Notes: a model not told the origin generated them from the letters alone. A stretch of DNA of 64,000 nucleotides from Caecitellus pseudoparvulus (GCA_965644315.1 CBFFRQ010000030.1:62001-126000); one strand, 5' to 3'. Numbered from the stretch's first letter, positions 1 through 12,000 are shown. Numbers and translations are program-made.

Positions 1-1356
1 TCCCCGAGTCTGCTGTAGTCCGTGGTTTGGTCATGATCCTTTGCAGAGGGCAGATTAACGGTGAAACAGAGCTGCTGCACCTGTTGGACAGCAACGCAGG
101 GACTGCTTTCCAATTCGAGGATGAGTGGCGTGACTTTATTGCGTTCTGTGGGAGTCAACGACAGCTTGCTCGCATTGAGTTCGGCAGCGACGGCAAACAG
201 CAAGCCGCACCCTGCAAGGATCTGGAGGCATGGTGGAGAGGGAGACAGCTGTTTGGCCCCTCCATTCTCGTGTAGCTCAGGCAGTGTTCTCAACACCGGT
301 CACAAGTGCAGGCGCTGCGCCCTTCTTCTCCGTGTTGACCGACTGGTGTGCCAGTGGTAAGAGGACCAGGGCACACACAACTGCTTGGCAGCCAACTCCT
401 GCTGCTTTCCAATCAGCAGTTTGTTGCTCGGCGCATCAAGGACTGGCTGAACCCACGCTTCAAAGTGTGCAACTCTTCAGTCGACCCTGGGCGTCAGGAG
501 CAGGGCCAGACACTCGTCAAGAGGCAGGATGGGCTAACTGTGAAGCTTGTTTTCTCTCGAGTTGCTCCTGCTGCACGTGCATGATCACTTGTTGGGGCTT
601 CAGCTGCTCCTTTGCGCCGGGCTGTTGGTGTCAAGAAAAGGGTACGAGCGGGAAGAGCGCCTCCCAGCGGTCCGAAGTAGGCGCCGAGGTTCGCTGGAGG
701 GAAGCAGGGGCCGCTTCTTGACGTGTGGGGAAGCTGATCGGGTCTTGAAGTGAGCTTTCCAATGCAGAGGCAACTTTGAGGCACTGTTCTTGACGGGCTT
801 TCTTTCGGGCCCAAGTCACTGCCTGCGGAGACAAGCTTCAAGGATGGACCGGGCGGGCGGATGCCTGGCGTCCATGAAGGCGCCCCTCCTGCGTGATACT
901 ACTTCCCTTTTGCGCGATTTGGGCAGTAATTCACCGCAAAGGGTGTCTGCATCCTATTTTCACCCCTCGTCGCTTTCGCTCCTTGTACAGGATTGTCTAC
1001 GCAAAGATCTGGGCATCCAGGCAAGCGACACCACACAGACCACAGATCACCACGCCAACCGAAACAGTGCCGTACAAGCAGTATCGCACACATTTTGCAC
1101 TATTTGGGGCTTGGTACCGTGTTGAGTAGGACAAGATTGCCTGCCCAGATGCAAAGCGGCAGGAATATCTGTACAAATAATCAAATGTGACCACAAAGTT
1201 GGTTGCGTGCTCTGCTAAGGATCCGAGATCTTACTTGAAGTGCATTACGAGGCGCAAAGATTCACAGAGGAGACACAAAAAGATACATTCTACCCATGAA
1301 GCGATGCTATGGAGTACAGGGTATCGTTTATTGAGGTCTTTGAGGGGGGGGTACAA

Positions 1357-1456
1357 GAACTGGCCTTCGGCCAGTTCCCGGACACCCGGGTGTCCGGCTG
1401 GAAGGGCCGAAGGCCCCCTTCAGCCGGACGCTCGGGGGGTGCGGAGCCGGACACCC
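1357..1456. repeat. Palindrome/hairpin cluster upstream of eIF4E
   Basis: 9-bp stem with TTC loop GAACTGGCC-TTC-GGCCAGTTC (1357-1377); perfect 20-bp palindrome CCGGACACCCGGGTGTCCGG (1378-1397); imperfect stem with GAA loop (1392-1429); AGCCGGACACCC (1445-1456) is complementary to 1388-1399. Confidence 0.85.
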
Positions 1457-1626
1457 TGACGATCCCTGTCACACAGCAAATGTCCCCTCCTTCAATCCAA
1501 TGTTGCAGCCCTGCCGAGCCCTGGCCCTCGCTTCTACTCAGCGCAGCAGCATCCACACACAGCGCCGCAAGCTACGCCAGCGTTTCACTGAAGACGCTTG
1601 CTGTGCCCACTGCGCCTCCCTCCAGC

Positions 1627-2786
1627 ATGGCCAGCACTGTCGACCACCCCCTGGCAGACAAATGGACCCTGTGGTACAAGCGCAAGCAAGGACACGGTGG
1701 AGCTCAGCCTGTGCGTGCCGCTCTGGCTGGCTTTCGCGCGTGAAACACCCGCGCAACTCCGAACCCCCCCTCGCCCCGCAGGCGCCTGGACGCTGGGCGG
1801 ACTCCCTGAAGCAGCTGCAGGACTTTGACACGGTGAGTGTTTTCAAAGCCCCTGACGCACCTCCGCTCCTCCCACGCCGAGCCCTGTTCACCCTGCAGGT
1901 TGGAGGCTTCTGGGACGCCTACTGCCACATCGTGCGCGCTGACAAGCTGCCGGCCCGCACGAGCGTGCACCTGTTTAAGGCAGGCGTGCAGCCCCTGTGG
2001 GAGGACCCCAAGAATGCCGATGGCGGCCGCTTGATCCTGTACACCCCCAAGACCGCCGCAGTGCACATTTGGGAGCGGGTGCTGCTGGCCCTGGTGGGCG
2101 GTGCCTTCGGCCCTTCGTCAGCCAGCATCATGGGCGCTGTGCTGCAGGTGCGGGAGGACTCTGACATCATTTCGGTGTGGGTGGACAACGCGAGCAACGA
2201 TGACGCCATCAGCAGCATTCGCAGCGCCTTCATCGGCGCCACGCAGCTGCCGCCCCACATCGCCGCCACCGTCTCCTTCAAGGCACACAACAGCAAGGCC
2301 AAGAAGGACGACGGCTTCTCACGTGGCTCCCGCTTCTCTGCAGCGCCGGGCTTCTCCCGTGGCCTGCCTCGTGAGTCCAGCGGCGGCAGCACTGGCAGTG
2401 GGCGTGGCGGCCGTGGCAACCCCGCCTTCTCCAAGTGGCGTGGCCGTGAAGACCGGGGCCGGGACTCACGCGGCGGGTACGACAAGCACGCCGCCAAGTC
2501 TGAAGTCAGTGTGGATGACCTGGGCTCCTGGCGCCGTGGACCCTCCCCTGCCCCCGCACCTGCGCCTGAGCGGGCATCAGCACCAGCCCCCGCAGCGGCA
2601 GCAGAGCCAGCCCCTGCGCCCACACCAGCCCCTGCCCCCGCGCCTGCGCCAGTGTCACGCCACATGCGTGCCTTGCAGCGTGCCTCCAGTGACCCGTCCG
2701 TGGCGGACGACAGTGGCGGCACCACACCCACCGGGCGGCGCCGCCGTCCCCAGGGTGGACCTGCCCGCCTTGGCGCAGACCAGTAA
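1627..2786 (+). CDS. EIF4E: eIF4E family cap-binding protein with long R/G-rich and Ala/Pro-rich C-terminal extension
   Basis: Motifs HPLADKWTLWY, WADSL..FDTVGGFW, LFKAGVQPLWEDPKNADGG and ISVW. Introns 1711-1781 and 1833-1898 (GT..CAG) restore the conserved frame. Confidence 0.93.
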
Positions 2787-3100
2787 TGCACCTCCGCAAG
2801 TTTCCTTCTTCGGTGTTGCCCATGCCTGTGTCCGGGGCGATTTCTCGTGCAGACTGGCTAGGCGCTCATGGAGGACGGAGGATGCGTTTTGCACGCCGGG
2901 TCCTTCCTTCCCAGCGTGTACACTCACCGTTTACCCACTCATTTGCCAACCAGGAACGCCACGCACGCACAATTGCCACCAAAACACTCCGACCTGGTCC
3001 CACACCACCCATTTCACCCCCGGCCGTTGTCTTGCACAGTCTGTCTGTGCACACCAGACTTACAGGCGGCTGGCTCTTCGGGGGGCGTGCGCTGCGAGCC

Positions 3101-5571
3101 ATGGCTGCCAGCATGCTTGCTCGGCGGGCGCTGAGCAGGTCCAGGTGGGCCCTTGTGCGGCACTTTGCAGTGGCAGCTGCAGATAGTGTAGCAGTTAAGT
3201 CCAGGCTTGCGGCTTGGGATGCGCTGGTGGCCGCTGGGCAGCAGCCACAGTCCATTCGCCAAGCTGCACGCGTTTCGAGCCGAAACGCTAGGGTGACCGT
3301 CTCCCTGTGCCGCAACGTGGCGCCAGGCTTCGTGGGCACGCAGGTCAGCGAGAGCGACCTGCATACTGCCTCTTCAGAGAAGGAGGTGGAGTTGGACTTG
3401 GGCTGCACCCTCATGCAGGTGCTGCAAGCCGTCCTTCCTGACGCGGCGAACGCGAGTGGCTTGCACAGCATTGTTGCTGCGCGTGTGAATGGCGAGGTGC
3501 TGGATTTGAGTTGCGCGCTGGAGGACGTGGCAGGCTCGCCCGAAGGCGCCCTGTACGTGGCCTTCCTCCCCGCATACACCGTGCAGGGGCAGGCAGTGTA
3601 CTGGCACTCGGCGGCGCACGTGCTGGGGTTTGGCCTGGAAGCCGCACACCGTGACGACATCCACCTGACAGACGGCCCTGCCGTGTCAGAGGGCGGCGGG
3701 GGCTTCTTCTACGAGGCCGCCCTGCCGCGAGGCCACCGCCTGCACGTGGACGACGCGGCGAGCAAGGCAGTGCTGAAGGCCGCCAAGGGGCTGGTGAAGG
3801 ACAAGGCCGTGTTCCAGCGCCTGACAGTGCCACGCGAGGTGGCCATGGAGGCCTTTGCAGACAACCCGTTTAAAGTGGCCCTGCTGCAGTCCCTGCCAGA
3901 TGCTGAGCCCATCACGCTGTACCGCTGTGGGCCGTTTGTGGACCTGTGCCGCGGACCACACGTGCCGCACACGGGGCTGTTCAAGGGACTCGCCGTGACA
4001 CGCGTGGCAGGGTCACACTGGCAGGGCGACCTGCCGCGCCTGCCCTCGTTTTCGAGCGGGGAGGGCGAGGCGGACGACCAAGGCGTGTTGCTGCAGCGTG
4101 CGTACGGTGTGGCGTTCCCAGATGCCGCCACGTTGGACAAGTGGCGAGAGTACATGGCCGAGGCGGCGAGACGCGACCACCGTGTGGTGGGCGCCAGCCA
4201 GGGCCTGTTCATGTTCCACCCGCACTCCCCTGGCTCCGCCTTCATGCTGCCACACGGCATGCGCGTGTACAACACGCTCGTGAACACTGTCAAGGCAGAG
4301 CTGTCTGCAGGCGGGTATGAGGAAGTCATGACCCCGCAGCTGTTCCGCCCAGAGCTGTGGCAGACGTCTGGGCACTGGCAGCACTACCAGGACGACATGT
4401 TCGGCGTCGCGGACGTGCAGCAGGTGGACGGCAGACGCCCACCCAGCGACAGCAGCGCTGACCTCTTTGGGCTGAAGCCCATGAACTGCCCTGCGCACTG
4501 CCTCATCTTCGGTGCCGCCGCACGCAGCTACCGCGACCTGCCCTTCCGCGTCGCCGACTTTTCCTCCCTGCATCGCAACGAGGCGTCAGGAGCCCTGGGC
4601 GGCTTGACGCGCCTGCGCCGCTTCCACCAAGACGACGCACACATCTTCTGCACGCCAGGACAAGTGCAGCAGGAGGTGCTGGGCTGCCTGGCCATGGTGG
4701 GCTACCTGTACGCCAAGTTCGGCCTCAAGTTCAAGCTGCGCTTGTCCACACGGTGAGGCGCGACGCGGAACACACACCCCGCATGCGCAACCTTCACACC
4801 CTGCCGCGCTCGCTTCGCAGCCCCGAGGAATTCCTAGGAGACGCAGAGACATGGGACGCCGCAGAGCAAGCCTTGCAGGATGCTTTGACGACGTTTCTTG
4901 CCTTGAAGTCTGCTGGCAGCATGCCCGAATGGTACTCTGGATCAGCCTACGAACCAGCCCAGCTGGCCAGCGTCCTGCCAGCGACGTTCGAGGTGGACGA
5001 GGGTGGCGGCGCCTTCTACGGGCCCAAGATCGACGTGGCCGCGCTGGATGCGCTGGGGCGCGAGCACCAGTGTGGCACGGTGCAGCTGGACTTCCAACTG
5101 CCCCGTCGCTTTGGGCTCAAGTACCGCACGGGTGAGGGGGATGACGCCACGCCCGTCATCATCCACCGCGCCCTGCTGGGCAGCGTGGAGCGCATGATGG
5201 CCATCCTCACGGAGCACTACGGAGGCCGCTGGCCCTTCTGGCTCTCTCCTCGCCAGGTCGCAGTGCTGCCTGTCGCTGACCGGCACACCGACGCTGCCCA
5301 CGCCCTGGCCCGAAGCCTCAAGGCGCGCGGCATTGCCGTGGAAGTGGATGCCAGCACCCGCAGTGTCCCCAAGAAGGTCCGTGCGGCGCAGGTGTCCCAG
5401 TTCAACGTCATGGCCGTCCTGGGTGACGCGGAAGTGCAGGACGGCACGCTGGCCCTGCGGTTCAGGGACCAAGACACCGCCAGCGCCGCTGGCGCTCAGC
5501 CCGGCAAACCCATGACCGTGCGACAGGGGGAGCTGGAGGGCGTGCTGGCTGCCTTGGCAGCTGCCTCGTAA
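3101..5571 (+). CDS. TARS2: Threonyl-tRNA synthetase, probably mitochondrial
   Basis: Arg-rich presequence MAASMLARRALSRSRW; motifs WHSAAH, DLCRGPH, LKPMNCPAHC, HRNE..LTRLRRFHQDDAHIFC, GAFYGPKID, QCGTVQLDF, IHRALLGSVER. Intron 4753-4820 joins LSTR|PEE. Confidence 0.95.
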
Positions 5572-5572
5572 A

Positions 5573-5584
5573 GCAATGCATTGC
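5573..5584. terminator. Palindromic GCAATGCATTGC between convergent stops; candidate bidirectional 3'-end signal
   Basis: Perfect 12-bp palindrome in the 22-nt gap between the ThrRS and CCR4 stop codons. The same GCAATGCA word recurs after many other stops in the window. Confidence 0.5.
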
Positions 5585-5593
5585 CGGTGTCCC

Positions 5594-8464
5594 TCAGCGG
5601 GTCATGCCACGGGGGAAGCCGCCGCCGCCGCTGCTGCCGCCCATGCCCATCGTCTGGCCGTAGCCGACTGACGTTGGCGGCGTGAAGCCTGCTGACGTGG
5701 CAGGCATGCCCATGCGCTGCTGCGCCGCGAGCCAGCTCTGCCCGGCCATGTCACCCCCTCCGCCCTGCTGCTGCTGCTGCTGTTGGAGGAAGGCCGTCGC
5801 GTGGGCCCAGTTGGGCGTCTGCATCATGCCCGTGGCCTGCATGGCGCCACTGTGCGGGGCAGACGTGGAGCGCACCATGGCTGGCATGCCGGCGCCGCCT
5901 GGCATCATGTGGCTGCCTTGCATGAGACTGGGCCCCGACAGGTTGCGCATGGGCCCCCCCGCACTGCCACTCTGCATGACCATGCCACCTGAACGCCCCG
6001 CCCCCAGCGCAGCCATGTGCCCTGCCAGGCCGGCTGTGGAGGCAAGGCCCGGCATTGGCATGCCAGCCTGGGAGGTGGTGCCCGTCGTGCCCACCATGGG
6101 GAAAGACACCGCCGCCATCATCTCCGCCATGGAGCCCGAGGTGGGCAGGGGCATGGGCGGCCGGCTGGTGGCGCGGGCGTGGGGCACACTGGCGTCAGGC
6201 GCCGTGCTGCGCACAGGTGGTGCGGCCGCGCCAAGGGAGGGGCGGCCGGCGCCAGCGCCTGAGGGCAGCAGCATGAAGTCTGTGCAGAGGCACAGGTGGT
6301 CCGACGGCCACTGCTCGTTGGGCAGGGGCTTGGAGGAGTACTCCTTTAGGGACTTGCCGCTGGGAATGTCCAGCGCCGCCACCGGCACCAGGCTGTCGGC
6401 GGTGTACCAGATGTAGTCCAGGGTGCCCTGGTAGCCCTCCGTGAAGTTGGTGAACTCGGGGTCCCGCCCCATGACACTGGCGTAGGAGGACGCCAGCATG
6501 AGGCTGTGGCACAGCTCCTCCCGTGGCGGCAGGACGCCCACCGGGTCGTGGGGCATGTCTTCCACCTGCAGCAGGCTGCGTGTCTGACCAGAGGCGGCGT
6601 TGCGCCCCAGCAGCTTGGACACGGCGGTGTGTGGCTCAGAGTTGAAGTCGCCGCAGAGGACGAGGGGCGTGCCGTTGGCTGCGCACATGCTCTCCAGCTC
6701 CCTTACCAGCATGTGCGTCTGCCACAGCTTCACGTCGCCGAACTCGGGGTCCCAGAACAAGTGCGTGTTGCACACCAGCAGCTCGGGCGGGGAGGAGCCC
6801 CCCTGCCGACCAGGCACCGGCGCGCCATGGGCGTCGGAGATGATCTGCAGGGACACGACCTGGGCGACGTTGTCACGCAGCAGGCGCTGCAGGGCACGCT
6901 TGCCCTCGCCGCTGGCGCCTGCCAGGATGCTCTGCTTCGAGTTCGCGGCGTAGGCGGGCCCCGTCGCTGGCTCGGCGATGTCTGGTGCTGGGGAGGAGAT
7001 GCTGCCGTGCCCGCCGCGCTTCATGGGCGTGCTCAGGCCGCCCGAGATGCCCCCAGTGGAGCCGCTGGCGCCGCCGAACTTCATGGAGGCTGCTTCGTTG
7101 AACTCCACCACGTGCTTGGACTGCAGGGCGAAGCGACTGGTCTTATAGAACAGCGCACAGCCGTCCACACGCCCCGCCTTGCCCATGCTATCACGGGTCT
7201 TCTGCTTGTACAGGCCAGTGTACCCGAGGCTCTTGAGGGCCGGACAGAGGAAGGAGTCAAAGTGGTCAGCCTGTACCTCCTGCAGGCAGAGAATGTCTGC
7301 GTCCAGACGGCGCAGCTCAGCCACCAGCAGCAGGCGGCGGTAGGACCAGGACAGCACCCACAGCGGCGCGTACGGGTACTGTGTCTTGGTGGCGTAGATT
7401 TCAGCCAGGGTGTTGTAGCTGACGACTCGGATGACGGCGGGGCTGAGGCGGGGGGGGGGTGGGTGCGTCGCCTGGTCAGGCAGGCGGCCGCCGTCCAGCC
7501 GCACTCTGGAGCCCTTGTCAGGCGGCATGAGGGCAGCCTGGGCCGCCTGGGCCGACGCCAGCGTGCCGGCGGTGATGCCGACGGCAGGGCAGGAGCGGAA
7601 GGTGAGGGAGCGGGGGGGGTGCGGCGGTGGCGCTGGGCACACCCACTCCGTGTCGATGCGGCGTGTCTCAGTGGCGCCGGGGCCCCCCTCGCTCCACCGC
7701 ACGGTGATGACGAGGCGCAGGCGGTGCCAGACATCTGCCACACGGGGCGTGTAGGCGCGTGCCGTGCTGACCAGGGTCCACTCTGGGGAGGGGCCGGAGG
7801 TGGTGGGCGGGGGTGTGTCGGGGCCCGGCGTCAGGCCAGTGCTCTTGACCCCGCCACGGAACGGCACGGCCGGGAAGCGCTGCAGGGCGCCCACCAGCAC
7901 CTCCTTCTTGTCGTCAGTTGGCGAAGGGGAGGGCCTGCCGCCAGTGGCCACTGCGCCCCCTGCGCTGCTGCCGGGAGCGTCAGCACCTGCGTCGGCATTC
8001 ATGGCAAAAGCCGCATGTGCAAAGGCTGGCGCGCCTGCGCGGAAGCACTCGGAGCTGCAGAAGTACGAGAACTCCTCAGGCAGCCCTGCTTCCAAGCACC
8101 CCATGCACTGCAGCTTGGGCGGTGCTTCCAGCTCCACGGCGCCGCGGGGGCAGCCAGCAAAGGCGCAGTGCCTGAAAGAAGTGGAGCGATACCACGCGAA
8201 TGTCAGCGCTGAGTCTGGCAGCGACTCCCCCTCCCCGTTGCGCGTGTGCACGAAGGGGTCACACACAGTGCCTTGCACGGGGTGCGACACTCGCGCGTTC
8301 AGCTTGTTGCGGCTGGTCTTCTCGGGGGAGCTGCTCCAGCGGGGCAGGGTGGCGGCCGTGGCAGGCGTTTCGGCTGCCTCACCAGCTGCGCGTCTCGGCG
8401 CGGCGGCGCTGCCACCGCCAGTGGTGGAGCGCCGCAAGCCGAGGCCAAGGCCACTGGAGGACAT
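5594..8464 (-). CDS. CCR4: CCR4-type EEP deadenylase with N-terminal Cys-rich (zf-MYND-like) domain, no LRR, and a low-complexity M/G/Q tail
   Basis: EEP motifs SYNTLA, CLQEVQ, DGCALFY, NTHLFWDP, CGDFNS, GTLDYIWY, PSDH. N-terminal WYRS..C..LQCMGC..SYFCSSECF resembles plant CCR4a/b. Confidence 0.92.
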   Translation of the reverse strand: MSSSGLGLGLRRSTTGGGSAAAPRRAAGEAAETPATAATLPRWSSSPEKTSRNKLNARVSHPVQGTVCDPFVHTRNGEGESLPDSALTFAWYRSTSFRHCAFAGCPRGAVELEAPPKLQCMGCLEAGLPEEFSYFCSSECFRAGAPAFAHAAFAMNADAGADAPGSSAGGAVATGGRPSPSPTDDKKEVLVGALQRFPAVPFRGGVKSTGLTPGPDTPPPTTSGPSPEWTLVSTARAYTPRVADVWHRLRLVITVRWSEGGPGATETRRIDTEWVCPAPPPHPPRSLTFRSCPAVGITAGTLASAQAAQAALMPPDKGSRVRLDGGRLPDQATHPPPPRLSPAVIRVVSYNTLAEIYATKTQYPYAPLWVLSWSYRRLLLVAELRRLDADILCLQEVQADHFDSFLCPALKSLGYTGLYKQKTRDSMGKAGRVDGCALFYKTSRFALQSKHVVEFNEAASMKFGGASGSTGGISGGLSTPMKRGGHGSISSPAPDIAEPATGPAYAANSKQSILAGASGEGKRALQRLLRDNVAQVVSLQIISDAHGAPVPGRQGGSSPPELLVCNTHLFWDPEFGDVKLWQTHMLVRELESMCAANGTPLVLCGDFNSEPHTAVSKLLGRNAASGQTRSLLQVEDMPHDPVGVLPPREELCHSLMLASSYASVMGRDPEFTNFTEGYQGTLDYIWYTADSLVPVAALDIPSGKSLKEYSSKPLPNEQWPSDHLCLCTDFMLLPSGAGAGRPSLGAAAPPVRSTAPDASVPHARATSRPPMPLPTSGSMAEMMAAVSFPMVGTTGTTSQAGMPMPGLASTAGLAGHMAALGAGRSGGMVMQSGSAGGPMRNLSGPSLMQGSHMMPGGAGMPAMVRSTSAPHSGAMQATGMMQTPNWAHATAFLQQQQQQQGGGGDMAGQSWLAAQQRMGMPATSAGFTPPTSVGYGQTMGMGGSSGGGGFPRGMTR

Positions 8465-9019
8465 ACTATGCGGTGGGCGGCAGTGCCTGGCGTTGCATGC
8501 GGCGGGGCGCTGTGCAGGCTCGGCGTGGCGTTCACTGCCTTCACCAGCGCTGGCCGCGCGTCAATCACGCTGGCCAGGGGGGGGCTTGCAGGGCACAGAG
8601 CACGTGCTGGGTCAAGCGTCAAGCTTCGGGATGTGCAGAGGCGCGTGCTCGTGCAGTGCCAGGCCACGCACGTCCCGCGCAGGGGGGCGCTGTGCCTTCG
8701 CGGAGGGGGGGTCGGCAGCGGAACTTCACCTCAGCCCGTCTCCCTGGCAGTGGAGGCATGGCAAGCCCCAGCTGCAAGAGCAGCGTGCACCCGCCTGCGA
8801 CAACACCCTCAACGGCTCGCTGCGCACACATTCCTGCCCAGCCCCCCACCGAAATCCCAGTGCTGCCCTCTCGTGTTAGCCCTGCCTGCTGCCAACCGAA
8901 GCCTGCGCGTGGAGTTCATTGCGTTTCGCCTGCCTTGGCTGCCAGCACCAGAGGCGCAACCAGCCTCGCGACGGGGCGAGTTGCCGCAGCGCCACCCGAC
9001 CAGCCTGTAACCCATAGCC

Positions 9020-12000
9020 ATGGCCTCTGCAGCGCCCGCTGAAGGAGTGCGTGCTGCTCGCCGCCACACGCTGCAGGCGCTTGCCGGCACATGCCAACGT
9101 GCACTGCACCTGCCCCACTCCGGCGGTTCACACAGACGCCTGCAGCGGCCGCGCACGGCGAGCCAGAGCCCACAGTGCCAGAGGAAGGCGTCCCCGACAT
9201 CGTGGAAGTGGTGCGCGTGCCTGAAGGTGACTCTGATTCCAGCGCCTCCGAGCTGGAGGTGTGGACGGAGCACCCCAACACTGCCAGCCAGCGCAGCATG
9301 CTGGCTGACAAGGAGCAGCTGAAGGTACGGGCAGGCCGTGGACCGTAGGCCGCAGGCCCCTCACCCCACCTGCATGCCCATCACGCCCCCTCCCCTTGCT
9401 GTGCCTACCCAGAAGAACCCCGAGCTCGCACGCCTGTTCCTGGACAACCTGCTGTCTGTGGACCAGCCCGAGTTCAGCCACGAAGTCATGGACTTCCTGC
9501 TGCTGCACGTGCGTTGGAGTTCGGTGTGCTGTCTCCACCCCTCCAGGGCAGGCCGCGGCCGCTGAACCACTCGGCTCCCCGCTGTGACCCCCCCCCCTCC
9601 TCGACCTGCACAGGATGCCCACTGGATGCAGCTGCTGTCCCTGCTCATTCGCGGCGAGGTGCAGGCAGACCTAGTGGCAGCCACCCAGCCCCCCAGCAAG
9701 CCCGAGGATGGTACGGCAGGCAGCACAGAAGCAGGCGAGAGCAGTGACGCCATGCCTGCTGCTGGCGACCCGTGGACGTGGTGGACGAGGCACGCAGAGG
9801 CCATGGCGACGCCCCGGCACGTCGCAGGCGACGCGGCCGAGGCGGAGGCTGCTCGCACGGCGTGGAAAGTCATGCACCTCCTCACGGACGCCGGGCACGA
9901 GAGCGAGCTGCTGAGGGCCAAGTCGGAGGGCATGGCGGAGGTGCTGCTACAGACGTACCTGCCCACGTCCAAGGGCTCCTTCCACCACGCAGGCGTCGTG
10001 CTGCAGTACCTGCAGCTGGGCCACCCGACAGAGGTGGCCAAGGCAGTGCAGCGCCACGCCCACTGGTTGGTGCCCGCCATGTTGCAGTTCTTCCACGAAG
10101 CCCCCGTGCCAGACACGCTCACGCAGCTGGTGACGCAGAAGCACACCATGACAGCACAGGGTGGCGCAGGTGCTGGGGCGGGGGCCGGCGCCGGTGGGCC
10201 CATGGGTGCCGGCATGTACACGCCACCCGGCGCAGGGGCCACCATCCCACATTCCTACTCCAGCTCAGCGCGCGACACCGTGACCGTCGAGCAGGCAAAG
10301 GCAGTGCTGGTGGCCCTCACGCAGGCGGGTGTGCTGGATGGCTTGGCGCGCCTGGTGTCGGACCCAGACTACTCCCCAGCACACGCCGACGCCGCCGCTG
10401 CCGCACTGTCCGCAGTGCTGGACTACCTCCGGCGGTACCCCGTCGTGGGCAGCATCTTTGCCCACGCATTCGGCACGGCGGGGAGCGCCACGCCCGACCT
10501 GCAGGCGGCAGCTGCCGCGTTGGAAGGCACTGCCAGCGATGCCGAAGCAGCCACCCTGCCACCTGCCCTGCGACCTGGCGCTGGCTTCGTGGCCCGCTTG
10601 GTGGAGTGCGGCACGGCCGTGTCCGCCGAAGCCAGCTCGTGCGACGCAGGCGTGGCGGGGAACTTCGACGGGCTGCTGGACCTGGCAGGCGCCCTGCCCC
10701 GTCGCACCACCCTGGCCCTCGTCACACTGCGCCGTATCCTGGCCATGGCGTTCCAGGCACAGTCCGTGGCACCCCCTGACCAGCCCCCCGGCGAGATGGG
10801 CCCTCAGGCCGGGCGGTTGCCGCCAGACAACACCATTCGGCAGCTAGGTGGCGCCGTGGCGGTGCGGGCAGCTCTGCCCGGCATCGTGAAGCGCCTGGCT
10901 CGCGCCATGGTGGTGGCCCACGCACGCCTCTCCAGCACCAGCATCGACCCGCCTAAACGCAAGGGGCGCAAGAAGTCCTCCTCTGCAGCCGTCGTCGTGC
11001 CGCCTGTGGACGTGGCAGCCGTGCCGACAGTGGAGATGCCCATGCCGCACCCTGGCCACCACGTCAAGGTGCCCCTCGGCACTTTCCGCCTGGAGGCCGT
11101 GCAGACGCTGGCGCAGCTGGCCAGCCTCGACGCCGACGCGCTGCCGGAGGGTGCACAGGGCGACCACCCAGCGGACGTGGCGCTGACTGCTCTGGCCGAG
11201 GTGCCGCATGCTTTTGGCGCCATCCTCGTGTGGACACAGGAGTACCCGCACAGCTCCATGCTGCAGGCGGCATTCCTGCAGCTGGTGCAGGCCGTCGCCA
11301 AGCGCAACCACCCCAGCATGCTGAAGGTGATCTTCTCCAAGTACAAGCTGCTGACCGTCTTCCTGAACAGGTTCGTGGACTCCTTCAAGCCAGCGCCAGT
11401 GGAGGCTGCCTCGCCCACCAAGCCGCCAGCCCTGAAGGCGTCCGCCGGCGGCACTGTGGGCGGGGACAAGGAGGGTGGCTCAGACAAGGAGCCGGAACAG
11501 GAGCAGGAACAAGCAGAACACCACTCCCCCGTCAAGCAGCCCGCGACGCCGCCGCCGCCCACCCCCCCCGACACCAGCTCCGGCGTGGCCAAGTCGCCCC
11601 TCACCGTGCCTGCTCCCACACCCCCCTCCCCCGCCGCCGCCGACACACCCTCTGTCGGGGCCATCGTCGCGTCGGCCACTGCAGCTGACCGCCATGCCAG
11701 CAGTCTCAACGGCACGGTGTTGCAAGTGCTCAACACCGTGCGGCTGGTGGCAGCAGCTCAACCTCCGTCCTCGTTCCTGGCAGCCCACCTGCGTGACCAC
11801 GCCAAGTGGTCGCACCTGCTGCCTCTCGTCCTGGATGCCACGACGCAGCAGGTGAGGCCGTTGGCGCAGGTGAGGCGGCAGACCGACACACACATGATGT
11901 TGCGGCGGATGCTGAGCGGGTCTGCGGGGGATGTTGAGCGCCTGCTGGCGTCCATGGGCCTGACCAAGGAGCAGATCAGCCCGTCTGAGGGGGAGGAGGA

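Noticed and set aside
2786-3100. TAATG stop/start overlap suggesting eIF4E-ThrRS translational coupling
   Set aside because: The genes are spliced and eukaryotic. ATG 3101 begins a convincing presequence, the extension has no ThrRS similarity, and TAATGCA fits the 3'-end motif.
1627-8464. eIF4E-ThrRS-CCR4 adjacency as a functional cluster (cf. vertebrate ThrRS-4EHP complex)
   Set aside because: This ThrRS appears mitochondrially targeted and synteny cannot be assessed; likely coincidence.
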